Notes under the pieces: generated by a model
Databases searched by the model: none
What the model was told of the DNA's origin: nothing
What the model saw: the letters and a program-made list of their open reading frames with translations, nothing else
Assembly (NCBI GenBank): GCA_016937695.1
Contig: JAFGWC010000069.1
Coordinates: 13,244 to 77,243, forward strand
Source: Bacteroidales bacterium
Lineage (GTDB): Bacteria > Bacteroidota > Bacteroidia > Bacteroidales > NBLH01
DNA length: 64,000 bases
Direction: 5' to 3'
Translations under genes and position numbers: made by a program
In this document: piece by piece, positions 30,647 through 40,707 of the stretch
Numbering within the stretch: position 1 is the first letter of the stretch
Layout: every line of letters starts with the position of its first letter

Positions 30647-30955
30647 TTATTTCTTGGCTAGCAATTTTTCTAAAATTTCAACTCTTGTTTTTAATTTTTC
30701 TAAATCGGCACTTGATGCAAAGTTGAATTTAGTAATTGCTTTGTCAACAACGCTTTTTAATTGAGTTTCAAGTTCTTGTTTTTTAGCCTCTGTGTTTTTA
30801 AAAAATTCGTCAATGATTTTTTTTCCTTCTTTTTCAGATATTTTTTCTTCTTTAATCATCTTTTCTATTGTAGACTGCAATTTGTCTTTAGTTAAAGAAA
30901 CCAAGCCAACTCCTGTGTAAATAAATTTTTTAAATAATTCTTCAATCTTTTCCAT
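30647..30955 (-). CDS. phasin-like (COG3937-type) coiled-coil protein, paralogue of 30194-30571
   Basis: 102 aa. It aligns along its whole length with the downstream paralogue, sharing an identical FKKFIYTGVG block and roughly half of all residues. It lacks the basic tail. Confidence 0.55.
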   Translation of the reverse strand: MEKIEELFKKFIYTGVGLVSLTKDKLQSTIEKMIKEEKISEKEGKKIIDEFFKNTEAKKQELETQLKSVVDKAITKFNFASSADLEKLKTRVEILEKLLAKK

Positions 30956-31140
30956 CTCTTAAAATTTAGTTTGTATTTAATTTTAATTGTGTTTTAAATT
31001 TACTAAATATAGTTTAAAAAGCAATCAATATACAATATTTTAACATACTTTAATAGAAAAATTTTGATGATTTAAGTAAAAATAATGACGATTTAATGTT
31101 AATTTACAATGTTATAATATTTTTTGAAAGTATAAATTTC

Positions 31141-31764
31141 CTAAATATCTTTTCCGCTGAAAGGCTGTCTGTTAACAATTGAGCGACCAAGTGTAATTTC
31201 ATCAGCATATTCCAATTCATCACCAAATGCAATTCCTCTTGCAATTGTACTTATTTTAAGGTCGAATTTTTTTAGCTTTTTATGTATGTAGAAATTTGTT
31301 GTGTCGCCTTCCATTGTGGAACTTAATGCTAAAATTATTTCTTTTACAATTCCTGTATTTACTCTTTCTTCCAGCGATTTAATATTAAGATCTGATGGCC
31401 CAATTCCATCAATAGGAGATAAAATTCCGCCTAAAACATGATAAACGCCTTTGTATTGTTGAGTGTTTTCTATAGCAATAACATCTTTTATGCTTTCTAC
31501 AATGCAAATTGTTGAAAAATCTCTTGTGTTATTTTCACAGATATTGCAAGTATCTGTATCAGAAATATTATGGCAGATTTTACAATATTTTATATCTCTA
31601 GCCAAAGTAATTAAAGTATTACCAAAATGTATTATGTTTTCTTTATCCTGTTTCAACAGATTTATTACTAATCTGGCAGCAGTTCTTTTACCTATTCCCG
31701 GAAGTTTAGAAAACTCTTCGATTGCATTATTGAAAAGTTTTGAAGAATAATTAATTTTGTCCAT
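31141..31764 (-). CDS. recR: recombination protein RecR
   Basis: Contains the HhH region [12 protein letters not shown], the C4 zinc finger [16 protein letters not shown], and Toprim/Walker-like regions. Confidence 0.95.
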   Translation of the reverse strand: MDKINYSSKLFNNAIEEFSKLPGIGKRTAARLVINLLKQDKENIIHFGNTLITLARDIKYCKICHNISDTDTCNICENNTRDFSTICIVESIKDVIAIENTQQYKGVYHVLGGILSPIDGIGPSDLNIKSLEERVNTGIVKEIILALSSTMEGDTTNFYIHKKLKKFDLKISTIARGIAFGDELEYADEITLGRSIVNRQPFSGKDI

Positions 31765-31856
31765 TATTTGTATTTAAATTTAAGCTAAATTAAAAATTTC
31801 TTACTTTTACGGTTAATAATTTTGAATGTATTTAAATTAACTCAATAAATTTTATT

Positions 31857-32216
31857 ATGAATTTTCTTACAAAGATATTGAAAATAGTCTTTTTATTTAT
31901 TCTGATATTCTTTTTATTTTCTTGTGGTGATGATAATAAGAAAAGTAGTGTTGAAAATGCACAAGAGTGTGAAAATGAGCAGATTGTAACTGTAGAGGCA
32001 ATAAAGCTTGATACCGGTTGGGGATATGATATTTATATAGACGGCAAAAGATATATACATCAATATATAATACCAGAAGTTAGTGGCATGCATACATTTT
32101 CATCAAAAGAAAAAGCTTTAAAAACTGCTAATCTTGTAGTTCAAAAAATAAAAAATGGTATTATACCTCCTTTTGTAACAGAGAAAGAACTCGATAGTTT
32201 AGATGTATTAAATTAG
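31857..32216 (+). CDS. small lipoprotein, DUF4907-like
   Basis: 119 aa with lipobox LFSCG. The core TGWGYDIYIDGKRYIHQ resembles the DUF4907 family. Assigned from memory of the family. Confidence 0.5.
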   Translation: MNFLTKILKIVFLFILIFFLFSCGDDNKKSSVENAQECENEQIVTVEAIKLDTGWGYDIYIDGKRYIHQYIIPEVSGMHTFSSKEKALKTANLVVQKIKNGIIPPFVTEKELDSLDVLN

Positions 32217-32482
32217 TCAATATCAGTTATTTATCTTAAGATGACACATGATATCTAATTATATAAACTTACTTACTGCATGTTTTGATTAGAAATAAAT
32301 CCAAAAACAATAAAATATTACACTAAAGTTGTTATATTTGAAACAAAAAGTATATTATTGTTGTAAAAATGTAAAAAATATTTGCGAATAATAAATAAAT
32401 TTTTAAATTTGCTTCTTTATTTTAAATATTGGCATTTTTTATGCGTTTTATTTAGTTTAGTATTAAAATAATATTGATTTTT

Positions 32483-32671
32483 ATGGATATAAAAAAGAAC
32501 ATAAAATTAATAAATAGTAAGGAATCTGCATTGATTTATGTTTTACTAATTCCATTGTTGCTTGTTTTATTTATACCGGCAATTGCAATTTTTATGATTA
32601 GAGGCTTTTTTAAAGTTATATTATCAAACGGTAATAGCAATGATGCTGTAAGAAGACCGCCTGAATTTTAA
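32483..32671 (+). CDS. hypothetical small membrane protein (62 aa from the ATG)
   Basis: One strong hydrophobic segment (ALIYVLLIPLLLVLFIPAIAIFMI) with positive flanks. It has no recognisable family. Its 3' end overlaps the recQ stop by 4 bp in convergent orientation. Confidence 0.3.
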   Translation: MDIKKNIKLINSKESALIYVLLIPLLLVLFIPAIAIFMIRGFFKVILSNGNSNDAVRRPPEF

Positions 32672-34581
32672 TTTTGCGTATTCCATTTTATTCTAATTTC
32701 ATCTATATAGGTAAGTTTATTGTTTTCAGTAAGCCAGCGCAATACAATTAAAATTTTTTCTTCTTTAAAATTGCATTCTGATATTAAATCATTAATTATC
32801 CATGTTTTTTTCAATAGTTTTGACTTAATATCATTAAAAATAGAATCAAATTCATCCTTACTAAGGTTTTGTTCTTTTTTCTCTCTGCAAACATCGCATT
32901 GCATGCATTTATCTACGTTTTTTTGATCGAAATAATTAAGAAGAATCTGGCTTCTGCATTTATTTTTGGTTGAAGCATATTCAATAATAGCATTTATTCT
33001 GTTTAAATAATTTTTCTTTCTCAATTCATAATTTTCGTATGAAAGTCTTATGTTTTTTTCTTCAAGCCTTTCTTCAGTATAAACAATAAACGGAAATTTT
33101 CGTTGAGGTATATATTTAATTATATTAGCTTGTGCTAATTTTTGTAAATAATCATATATAATATCGACTTTTGTTTTTAAAATTTTAGCTAAATATTCTT
33201 CATCAATATTAACATAAGTACTGAAAATACCTGCATAAGTTCTAAGTATAATTTTAATAAAAGAATCTATTTTTTTGTTAGCAACTTGAAATTTATATAA
33301 ATCTTGCTGGCTTGTTATAAAAATCACTTTTGATAAGCTAAAAAAATCTTCAGTTAGTTCGATATATTTTTCTTGTTCTAAAAGTTTTAAACTGCTGTAT
33401 GTCTGAAGAATAGGCAGATTAAATTTTGTTGCAAAATCAGTAATTTTAAAATTAAAAATATTGCCTTTTCCTGCTCCAACAGGTAATTGGTAATAATTTC
33501 CTAAAGCAATATAAACTCTTTTAATTAATTCTTTTTCAGGAAATGCATTCCTGATTCTTTTTTCAATGTTTAAATTGTCAGTTTTATTGTAAAGTAAAAT
33601 TGCAAAAGCTTTTTTTTCGTCTCTTCCTGCTCTTCCCGCTTCTTGATAGTAAGCTTCAAGCGAGTCAGGCAAATCAATATGGACAACAAATCTAACATCA
33701 GGTTTGTCAATACCCATTCCAAAAGCATTGGTTGCCACAATAATTCTTGTTCTGCCTTGTGTCCATTGATTTTGTTTAAAGTCTTTTAGATTGTGCTCAA
33801 GTCCTGCGTGATAATAATCTGCACTAATTTTATTGTTTTGTAGAAATTGAGCAATTTCTTTAGTCTTTTTTCTGTTTCGAACATAAACAATTCCGCAGCC
33901 ATTAATTTTTTGAGAAATTCTTAAAAGATGTTTAAATTTATCTTCCACATTTCTAACTAAATAAACCAAATTTTTTCTCTCAAAGCTTTTCTTGAAAATG
34001 TTTTCTTTATGGAAAAGTAATTTTTCCTGAATGTCTTTAATCACATCTTTTGTAGCAGTAGCAGTTAAAGCAAGAACAGGAACATCTGGAATGTAATTTC
34101 TAATATTTGCTATTTCTAAATATGCAGGTCTAAAATCATATCCCCATTGCGATATACAATGAGCTTCGTCAACAGCAATTAAGTTAATATTCATTTTGCT
34201 GATTCTGGCTAAAAAAATATCAGTAGTTAAACGCTCAGGTGATAAATATAAAAACTTGTAAGCTCCATAAACACAATTGTTTAGAACGATGTCAATTTCA
34301 TGTTTTGTCATTCCTGAATAAATTGCTTCAGCTTTAATTTGTTTGGTTTTTAGGTTTTTAACCTGATCTTTCATTAAAGCAATCAAAGGAGTTATTACAA
34401 TACATAAACCTTCTTTCGATAATGCTGCAACCTGAAAAATGATAGATTTACCTCCACCTGTAGGCAATAAAGCCAAAGTGTCTTCAGAATTATCAGAAAC
34501 AGATTTTATAATATCTTCTTGCAAAGGTCTGAAACTCGAAAATCCCCAATTTTTTAGCAATATTTGTTCAAATTTGTTCAA
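32668..34581 (-). CDS. recQ: RecQ-family ATP-dependent DNA helicase
   Basis: Helicase motifs are present: LPTGGGKS, DEAHCISQWGYDFRPAY, LTATAT, VATNAFGMGIDKPDVRFV and QEAGRAGRD. The C-terminal region is Cys-rich (CRSQ...CMQCDVC). Confidence 0.9.
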   Translation of the reverse strand: MNKFEQILLKNWGFSSFRPLQEDIIKSVSDNSEDTLALLPTGGGKSIIFQVAALSKEGLCIVITPLIALMKDQVKNLKTKQIKAEAIYSGMTKHEIDIVLNNCVYGAYKFLYLSPERLTTDIFLARISKMNINLIAVDEAHCISQWGYDFRPAYLEIANIRNYIPDVPVLALTATATKDVIKDIQEKLLFHKENIFKKSFERKNLVYLVRNVEDKFKHLLRISQKINGCGIVYVRNRKKTKEIAQFLQNNKISADYYHAGLEHNLKDFKQNQWTQGRTRIIVATNAFGMGIDKPDVRFVVHIDLPDSLEAYYQEAGRAGRDEKKAFAILLYNKTDNLNIEKRIRNAFPEKELIKRVYIALGNYYQLPVGAGKGNIFNFKITDFATKFNLPILQTYSSLKLLEQEKYIELTEDFFSLSKVIFITSQQDLYKFQVANKKIDSFIKIILRTYAGIFSTYVNIDEEYLAKILKTKVDIIYDYLQKLAQANIIKYIPQRKFPFIVYTEERLEEKNIRLSYENYELRKKNYLNRINAIIEYASTKNKCRSQILLNYFDQKNVDKCMQCDVCREKKEQNLSKDEFDSIFNDIKSKLLKKTWIINDLISECNFKEEKILIVLRWLTENNKLTYIDEIRIKWNTQN

Positions 34582-34749
34582 AATATGATTTTAAATGTAA
34601 TAATCTTTGATTTTATGTAATGTAAAATTATATAATAAATTAAGTCTAAACAAAAAATGAATAAATCTTAACTCAACTGTTTAATTTTTTGTACTTTTGG
34701 CCGCAAAATTCATTTTTCTTTTTTTGAAAGGTAATTAAAATTTAATATT

Positions 34750-36219
34750 ATGTCAATTTTCAAAGAAAAAATAGTTGCAGAAGGGCTTACTTTTGATGAT
34801 GTTCTCCTAATTCCGGCTTATTCAGAGGTTTTACCGCGCAATGTTGAGCTTAAAACAAAATTCAGTAAAAATATTACCCTTAGAATTCCAATTGTCTCAG
34901 CAGCAATGGATACAGTTACTGATTCTACTTTAGCTATTGCCATAGCCAGAGAAGGAGGAATAGGTGTGATTCATAAAAATATGAGTATTGAGGAGCAAGC
35001 TCAACAGGTTAAAATTGTAAAACGAGCTGAAAATGGGATGATTGTTGATCCAATTACAATAGATAAAAATTCAACAGTTGAAGATGCTGTTAAATTAATG
35101 CAGGAATATAAAATTGGAGGAATTCCTGTTGTTGATGAAAATAATATCCTTATAGGTATTGTAACAAATAGAGATTTGAGATTTGAACAGCAATCTAAAA
35201 AACCGATTGCTGACATAATGACAAAAGACAATATAGTTACAACATCTCAAGATACTGATTTAGAAAAAGCTGCACATATATTACAAAAGCATAAAATTGA
35301 AAAATTACCTGTTGTAGACGAAGATAATAGACTAATTGGATTAATTACGTATAAAGATATTACAAAAGCGAAAGATCGGCCAAATTCATGTAAAGATGAT
35401 CGAGGAAGATTACGTGTTGCTGCAGCAGTAGGTGTAACCCCTGATACTTTCGACAGGATTGAGGCGCTAGCTTTTGAAGGTGTAGATGCAGTAGTTATTG
35501 ATACAGCTCATGGACATTCAAAAGGCGTACTGGAGACACTTAAAAAAGCAAAAGAACGTTTTCCTGAAATTGATATAATAGTTGGGAATATAGCAACGGC
35601 TGAAGCCGCTTTAGATTTAGTTAAAGCTGGTGCCGATGCCGTAAAAGTAGGAATAGGACCAGGTTCAATTTGTACAACAAGAGTTATTGCTGGAGTTGGT
35701 TATCCTCAACTTTCAGCTGTTTTTAATGTTGCTGAAGCACTTAAAGGTTCGGGAGTTCCGGTAATAGCAGATGGTGGAATCAGATATTCAGGTGATATGG
35801 TTAAAGCAATTGCTGCAGGCGCATATTCGGTTATGGCAGGTTCTTTGTTTGCAGGAGTTGAAGAATCACCAGGTGAAACAATTATATATCAAGGAAGAAA
35901 ATTTAAATCATATAGAGGAATGGGCTCAATTGAGGCAATGCAACAAGGCTCTAAAGACAGGTATTTTCAGGACATGGAAGATGATATTGCAAAATTAGTT
36001 CCAGAAGGTATAGCGGCACGAGTTCCTTTTAAAGGTAATTTGTCAGAAGTGATTTATCAATTAATAGGTGGTTTACGAGCTGGAATGGGATATTGTGGAA
36101 CACCGGATATTGAAAGTTTACATGGTGCGCGTTTTGTTAAAATAACTAACTCAGGTCTTATTGAGGGTCATCCACATGATGTTGCAATTACTCGTGAAGC
36201 GCCAAATTATAGTAGATAA
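34750..36219 (+). CDS. guaB: IMP dehydrogenase
   Basis: 489 aa with tandem CBS domains. The catalytic loop is [11 protein letters not shown], and [15 protein letters not shown] is also present. Confidence 0.95.
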   Translation: MSIFKEKIVAEGLTFDDVLLIPAYSEVLPRNVELKTKFSKNITLRIPIVSAAMDTVTDSTLAIAIAREGGIGVIHKNMSIEEQAQQVKIVKRAENGMIVDPITIDKNSTVEDAVKLMQEYKIGGIPVVDENNILIGIVTNRDLRFEQQSKKPIADIMTKDNIVTTSQDTDLEKAAHILQKHKIEKLPVVDEDNRLIGLITYKDITKAKDRPNSCKDDRGRLRVAAAVGVTPDTFDRIEALAFEGVDAVVIDTAHGHSKGVLETLKKAKERFPEIDIIVGNIATAEAALDLVKAGADAVKVGIGPGSICTTRVIAGVGYPQLSAVFNVAEALKGSGVPVIADGGIRYSGDMVKAIAAGAYSVMAGSLFAGVEESPGETIIYQGRKFKSYRGMGSIEAMQQGSKDRYFQDMEDDIAKLVPEGIAARVPFKGNLSEVIYQLIGGLRAGMGYCGTPDIESLHGARFVKITNSGLIEGHPHDVAITREAPNYSR

Positions 36220-36240
36220 AAAAATCATAACTAAGATATA

Positions 36241-38202
36241 ATGAAATTAATTTTATTATTTTTGAGTTTATTCATAGTTACTCAAATTTTTGCTCAAACA
36301 AATACTGATAATATTTTATTCCGAATTGATGAAGATGAAATAACTAAAGATGAATTCATTAGATATTATAAGAAAAATAATAATTTTTTCAGTTTTAATA
36401 AAGATTCTTTAAGATTTTATCTTGATAAATTTATTGATATTAAAATCAAGGTGAAAGAAGCAAGAGATTTTGGCATAGATAAATCTGAACAATTTAAAAG
36501 TGAATTTAATTTATATAAAAAGCAATTATCTAAGTTTTATTTGGCAGATAAAATGCTACTTAATAAATTAGCAAAGGAAGCTTACGAGAGACTATTAGTG
36601 GAAATCAGAGTAAAACATATATTAATCAGCCTAAATCAGTATGCATCAAAAGAAGATTCTGTAATAGCTTATAACAAAGCGATTAATATAAAGAATAGAA
36701 TAATTAAAGGCGAAGATTTTTCGCAAGTAGCAAAGGAAACTTCAGATGACCCAGGTGCAGTAATTAATGGTGGCGATTTATGGTACATTACGGCATTTGA
36801 TTTACCTTACGATTTTGAAAATTATGTTTATAAAACTAATGGTAAAGGTTTATCAGGTCCATTAAAAACAAAAGCAGGTTATCAGATAATAAAAATTGAG
36901 GATAGAAGAACAAATATGGGGAGCATTAAAATAGCTCATATAATGTTATCTTTTTCAAAAAACAAATCTGAAAACGAGTTAAAATCTAAAATTGACAGTA
37001 TCTACAATTTAATAAATTTAGGCAGTGATTTTTCAGCTTTAGCTACTAGATTTTCAGATGATAAAGGAACAAGTTTAAATGGTGGAGTATTACCATGGTT
37101 TACAACAGGTCAAATGCCAAATGAATTTGAATTGGCTACGATTTCATTATTGAAAAACGGAGATGTTTCAAAACCAATTAAAACAAATTATGGATGGCAT
37201 ATCCTTAAAAAGATTGATAGTAAAGAGATTCCTCTTTTTGAAAACATGAAAGACCAGATTGAGTATAAAGTTGAAAATTCTGATAGATTTGATTTAAACA
37301 ATGAAATTTTATTAAAGAAGATTGAAAAAGAAAATGTTTTAAAAGAATTTTATTCATTACAAGAAGTTAAAAGCGCTGTTGACAGCAGTATTTTTGAAGC
37401 AAAATGGGCAATTCCCATAGATACTAATTTTGATAAGATTTTATTTACAATTAATAACATTAAATTTCATCAGTATGATTTTGTGAAATTTATATTTGAT
37501 GAGCAAATCGTAATAAATCCAACATCTATTGATAATTATGTAAATAAAAATTATGATGTATTTAAAAAACTAAAACTTATAGAATTAGAAAATAAAAAAC
37601 TGGAATTGAAATATCCTGAATACAGATATCAATTAAATGAATTTTCTGACAGAACTCTACTTCGTTATTTTATGGAAGGAGAAGTTTTTAGAAAAGCTAT
37701 TGAAGATTCTGTAGATTTAAAAAACTATTATTCTTTAAATAAAGAAAAATATAATAGCAAGTATTGTTCTAATTTTTCAATTTTTGAGTATGATAACTAT
37801 ACAGATATTGACAAACTTAAAAAGTATTTAAACAGATATTTGCAAAAAACACTTAATGATAATGATTTAGCAGAACACATTTCCAAAAGAATAAAAGGAA
37901 AATTTGATTTTTTGGAAAAGAAAGAATTTTTAGAAGGAGAAGATGAACGTTCAGATTTAATTTTTAATTATTTTACACAAAATAAATTAAATGAAAAAAC
38001 ACGATATATTTTATTGGAAAGAATGAATTTTGTTATTCTAATAAACTCGCAAATTAAACGATTTGTAAATCCATTATATAAAGTTAAAAGAAAAGTGTTA
38101 GAAGATTATCAGAAAGAAATAGAATCAAAATTGTTAATTAAATTAAAAAATAAGTACAAAGTTGAAATTAACGATAATGTTTTTGAAACTTTATTGAAAT
38201 AA
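36241..38202 (+). CDS. periplasmic parvulin-type peptidyl-prolyl isomerase (two PpiC domains)
   Basis: A signal peptide precedes two rotamase-like segments: RVKHILIS...GGDLWYITAFDLP...GYQIIK and KIAHIMLSF...GGVLPWFTTGQMP...GWHILK. Confidence 0.8.
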   Translation: MKLILLFLSLFIVTQIFAQTNTDNILFRIDEDEITKDEFIRYYKKNNNFFSFNKDSLRFYLDKFIDIKIKVKEARDFGIDKSEQFKSEFNLYKKQLSKFYLADKMLLNKLAKEAYERLLVEIRVKHILISLNQYASKEDSVIAYNKAINIKNRIIKGEDFSQVAKETSDDPGAVINGGDLWYITAFDLPYDFENYVYKTNGKGLSGPLKTKAGYQIIKIEDRRTNMGSIKIAHIMLSFSKNKSENELKSKIDSIYNLINLGSDFSALATRFSDDKGTSLNGGVLPWFTTGQMPNEFELATISLLKNGDVSKPIKTNYGWHILKKIDSKEIPLFENMKDQIEYKVENSDRFDLNNEILLKKIEKENVLKEFYSLQEVKSAVDSSIFEAKWAIPIDTNFDKILFTINNIKFHQYDFVKFIFDEQIVINPTSIDNYVNKNYDVFKKLKLIELENKKLELKYPEYRYQLNEFSDRTLLRYFMEGEVFRKAIEDSVDLKNYYSLNKEKYNSKYCSNFSIFEYDNYTDIDKLKKYLNRYLQKTLNDNDLAEHISKRIKGKFDFLEKKEFLEGEDERSDLIFNYFTQNKLNEKTRYILLERMNFVILINSQIKRFVNPLYKVKRKVLEDYQKEIESKLLIKLKNKYKVEINDNVFETLLK

Positions 38203-38226
38203 TTAAAAAATATAAATATATTAAAA

Positions 38227-39099
38227 ATGAAAAAACACTTAATTGAATTTTTGATATTATCGACAATTTTTTTTTCAATAATATCATGTTCAAATAAAAA
38301 TAAGGAAGATAGTGAAATTCCAGTTGCAAGGGTTTATGGTGATTATCTTTATGTGTCAGATTTAGAAGAGATTATACCAGATGGAGTTAGTCCTGAAGAT
38401 AGTTTAAACAGAGTTAAAAGCTATATAGATTTTTGGGTTAAAAGGCAAGCCATTATGAAAACTGCCGAGATGAATTTAATTGAAGAACAAAAAGATGTTA
38501 CCGAAGAATTAGAAGATTACAGGATGAAATTGCTTATTTTTAGATATAAGCAAAAATTTATTGAACAGAATTTGGATACAGTAGTTACAGACTCACAAAT
38601 AGAACAATTTTATAATGAAAATCAAGCGGAATTTCTTGTTGGACAGCCAGTTATAAAAGCCTTGTATATAAAAATATTAAAAACAACAACAAATTTAGAA
38701 ATGGTAAAGCGATTATATCGTTCAAGCCGCGAAAGAGATATTGAACAATTATCTGATTATTGTGTTCAAAATGCTACAAAATACAATGATTTTAATAATG
38801 AATGGATTTATTTCAAAGATTTATTGATAGATATTCCTATTAGGGTTGATAATCAAGAAGAATATTTAAAATCAAAAAATTATATAGAAGTTGAAGATTC
38901 TGTTTTTTCTTATTTTGCAAGCATCAAAAATTATAGATTGAAAAATTCAATTGCACCTTTAGTTTTTGTACAAGGAAATATCCAATCTGTAATTTTAAAT
39001 AAAAGAAAACAAAAGTTAATAGATGATTTAGAAAATAATATTTATAATAATATGCTCGATAATATGGATATTGAGTTATTTGAAGGAACTAATAATTAA
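38227..39099 (+). CDS. hypothetical lipoprotein encoded between two PPIase genes
   Basis: 290 aa with lipobox IISCS. No catalytic motif was recognised. Its position suggests a chaperone-associated role. Confidence 0.5.
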   Translation: MKKHLIEFLILSTIFFSIISCSNKNKEDSEIPVARVYGDYLYVSDLEEIIPDGVSPEDSLNRVKSYIDFWVKRQAIMKTAEMNLIEEQKDVTEELEDYRMKLLIFRYKQKFIEQNLDTVVTDSQIEQFYNENQAEFLVGQPVIKALYIKILKTTTNLEMVKRLYRSSRERDIEQLSDYCVQNATKYNDFNNEWIYFKDLLIDIPIRVDNQEEYLKSKNYIEVEDSVFSYFASIKNYRLKNSIAPLVFVQGNIQSVILNKRKQKLIDDLENNIYNNMLDNMDIELFEGTNN

Positions 39100-39115
39100 A
39101 ATAAACAAGAAAACT

Positions 39116-40465
39116 ATGTATAAAACTTTTTCATCAATTTTTATAACTATAATTTTATTTACTTATAATCAGTCTAAAGGTCAGGAATCAAGGATTATAG
39201 ATAAGGTTGTAGCTGTAGTAGGAAATCAAGTTATATTAAAATCAGAAGTAGAAGAACAATTCTTACAATATCAGGCAAGAGGCCTTAGTTCAAGCGAAAA
39301 TCAAAAATGCGAAATTTTTGAGCAATTACTTTTTCAAAAATTATTAGTTGTTCAAGCAAAAATTGATAGTATTGAAGTATCTGAAAAACAAGTTAGTGCT
39401 GAAATAGATGGTAGATTAAACACTTTTATTGAGCAAATTGGTTCAAAAGAAAAGCTGGAAGAATATTTTGGTAAAAGTTTACTTGAAATAAAGGAAGACT
39501 TTAAACCAATTGTTGAGGAGCAAATTATTTCTCAAAAAATGCAGGCAGAAATCACAAAAGATGTGAAAATAACGCCATCCGATGTAAAAAAGTTTTTTCA
39601 GGAAATTCCTATAGACAGTTTGCCTTTGATTGATGCTCAATTCGAAATAGCTCAAATAGTTAAAAAGCCAAAAATTAGCGAAGAAGAACAAAAATCAACA
39701 AAGGATAGATTAAATGCTTTAAGAGACAGAATTGTTAATGGAGAGAGCTTTAAAACACTTGCAGTTTTATATTCTGATGATAAATCATCGGCTAAAAACG
39801 GAGGTGAACTTGGATATGTTAATAAATCAGATTTTGTAACTGAATTTTCAAATGCTGCATTTGATTTAGAAGAAAATGAACTTTCAGAAATTGTTGAAAC
39901 CGAGTTTGGATTTCACATAATACAACTAATTGGTAGAAAGGGAGATAAAATAAATGTCAGACATATTTTACTCGTTCCAAATATGTCATCTGTAGATAAA
40001 TATAAAGCAAAAACAGAATTGGATAGCATAACAAGATTAATTCGTTTAGACTCATTAAAATTTGAAGAAGCGGCCATTAAATTTTCAGATGATGAAGATA
40101 CAAGAAATAACGGAGGATTATTAATAAATCCTTATACAAGAACATCTAAATTTAAAATTAAAGAAATAGAGCCTTCGACAAATTATGCTTTACGAGATTT
40201 AAAAGTTGGACAAATTTCTCCTCCTTTTGAATCAAGTACAAGAAGTGCTTCATCAGAGTTTAAAATTATTTATTTGAAATCAAAAAGTGAGTCGCACACT
40301 GTTAATATGAAAGATGATTACCAACTAATTCAGGATATGGCAGAAGCCGATAAAAAAGAAAAGAAAATTGCAGAATGGGTAAAAGAAACTCAAAAGGAAA
40401 CATATATTAAATTAGAAGACGATTATAAAAATTGCGAGTTTAATTTTCCGGGTTGGATAAAATAA
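39116..40465 (+). CDS. surA: SurA-like periplasmic chaperone / peptidyl-prolyl isomerase
   Basis: Signal peptide, a SurA_N-like region (DKVVAVVGNQVILKSEVEEQ), and parvulin domains (GGELGYVNKSDF...FGFHIIQL, VRHILLVP). The start is taken at the ATG at 39116 rather than the TTG at 39071. Confidence 0.8.
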   Translation: MYKTFSSIFITIILFTYNQSKGQESRIIDKVVAVVGNQVILKSEVEEQFLQYQARGLSSSENQKCEIFEQLLFQKLLVVQAKIDSIEVSEKQVSAEIDGRLNTFIEQIGSKEKLEEYFGKSLLEIKEDFKPIVEEQIISQKMQAEITKDVKITPSDVKKFFQEIPIDSLPLIDAQFEIAQIVKKPKISEEEQKSTKDRLNALRDRIVNGESFKTLAVLYSDDKSSAKNGGELGYVNKSDFVTEFSNAAFDLEENELSEIVETEFGFHIIQLIGRKGDKINVRHILLVPNMSSVDKYKAKTELDSITRLIRLDSLKFEEAAIKFSDDEDTRNNGGLLINPYTRTSKFKIKEIEPSTNYALRDLKVGQISPPFESSTRSASSEFKIIYLKSKSESHTVNMKDDYQLIQDMAEADKKEKKIAEWVKETQKETYIKLEDDYKNCEFNFPGWIK

Positions 40466-40596
40466 ATTTTTAATTATTAATTAACAAGTAAAAAATTAGA
40501 AAAATAATATATAATATTGATTAATAGAAGATTAGATTGAATTTTTTGGCTTGAAATTTGATTTCAAAACAATTATAAAATTGCTAAATATACTTA

Positions 40597-40629
40597 AAGG
40601 GCAAAGGCTTTATAGCTTTGGCCCTTTTT
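40597..40629 (+). terminator. rho-independent terminator about 130 nt downstream of surA
   Basis: GC-containing stem aagggcaaag(g)ct / agctttg(g)ccctt with two bulges and a 4-nt loop, followed by ttttta. Confidence 0.55.
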
Positions 40630-40707
40630 ATTTATGCTGATATTGACATAACTCATTTTTTAATTCATTAATAAGTGCTTATTTTGGAAAAAAATAAAGC
40701 AAGACAT

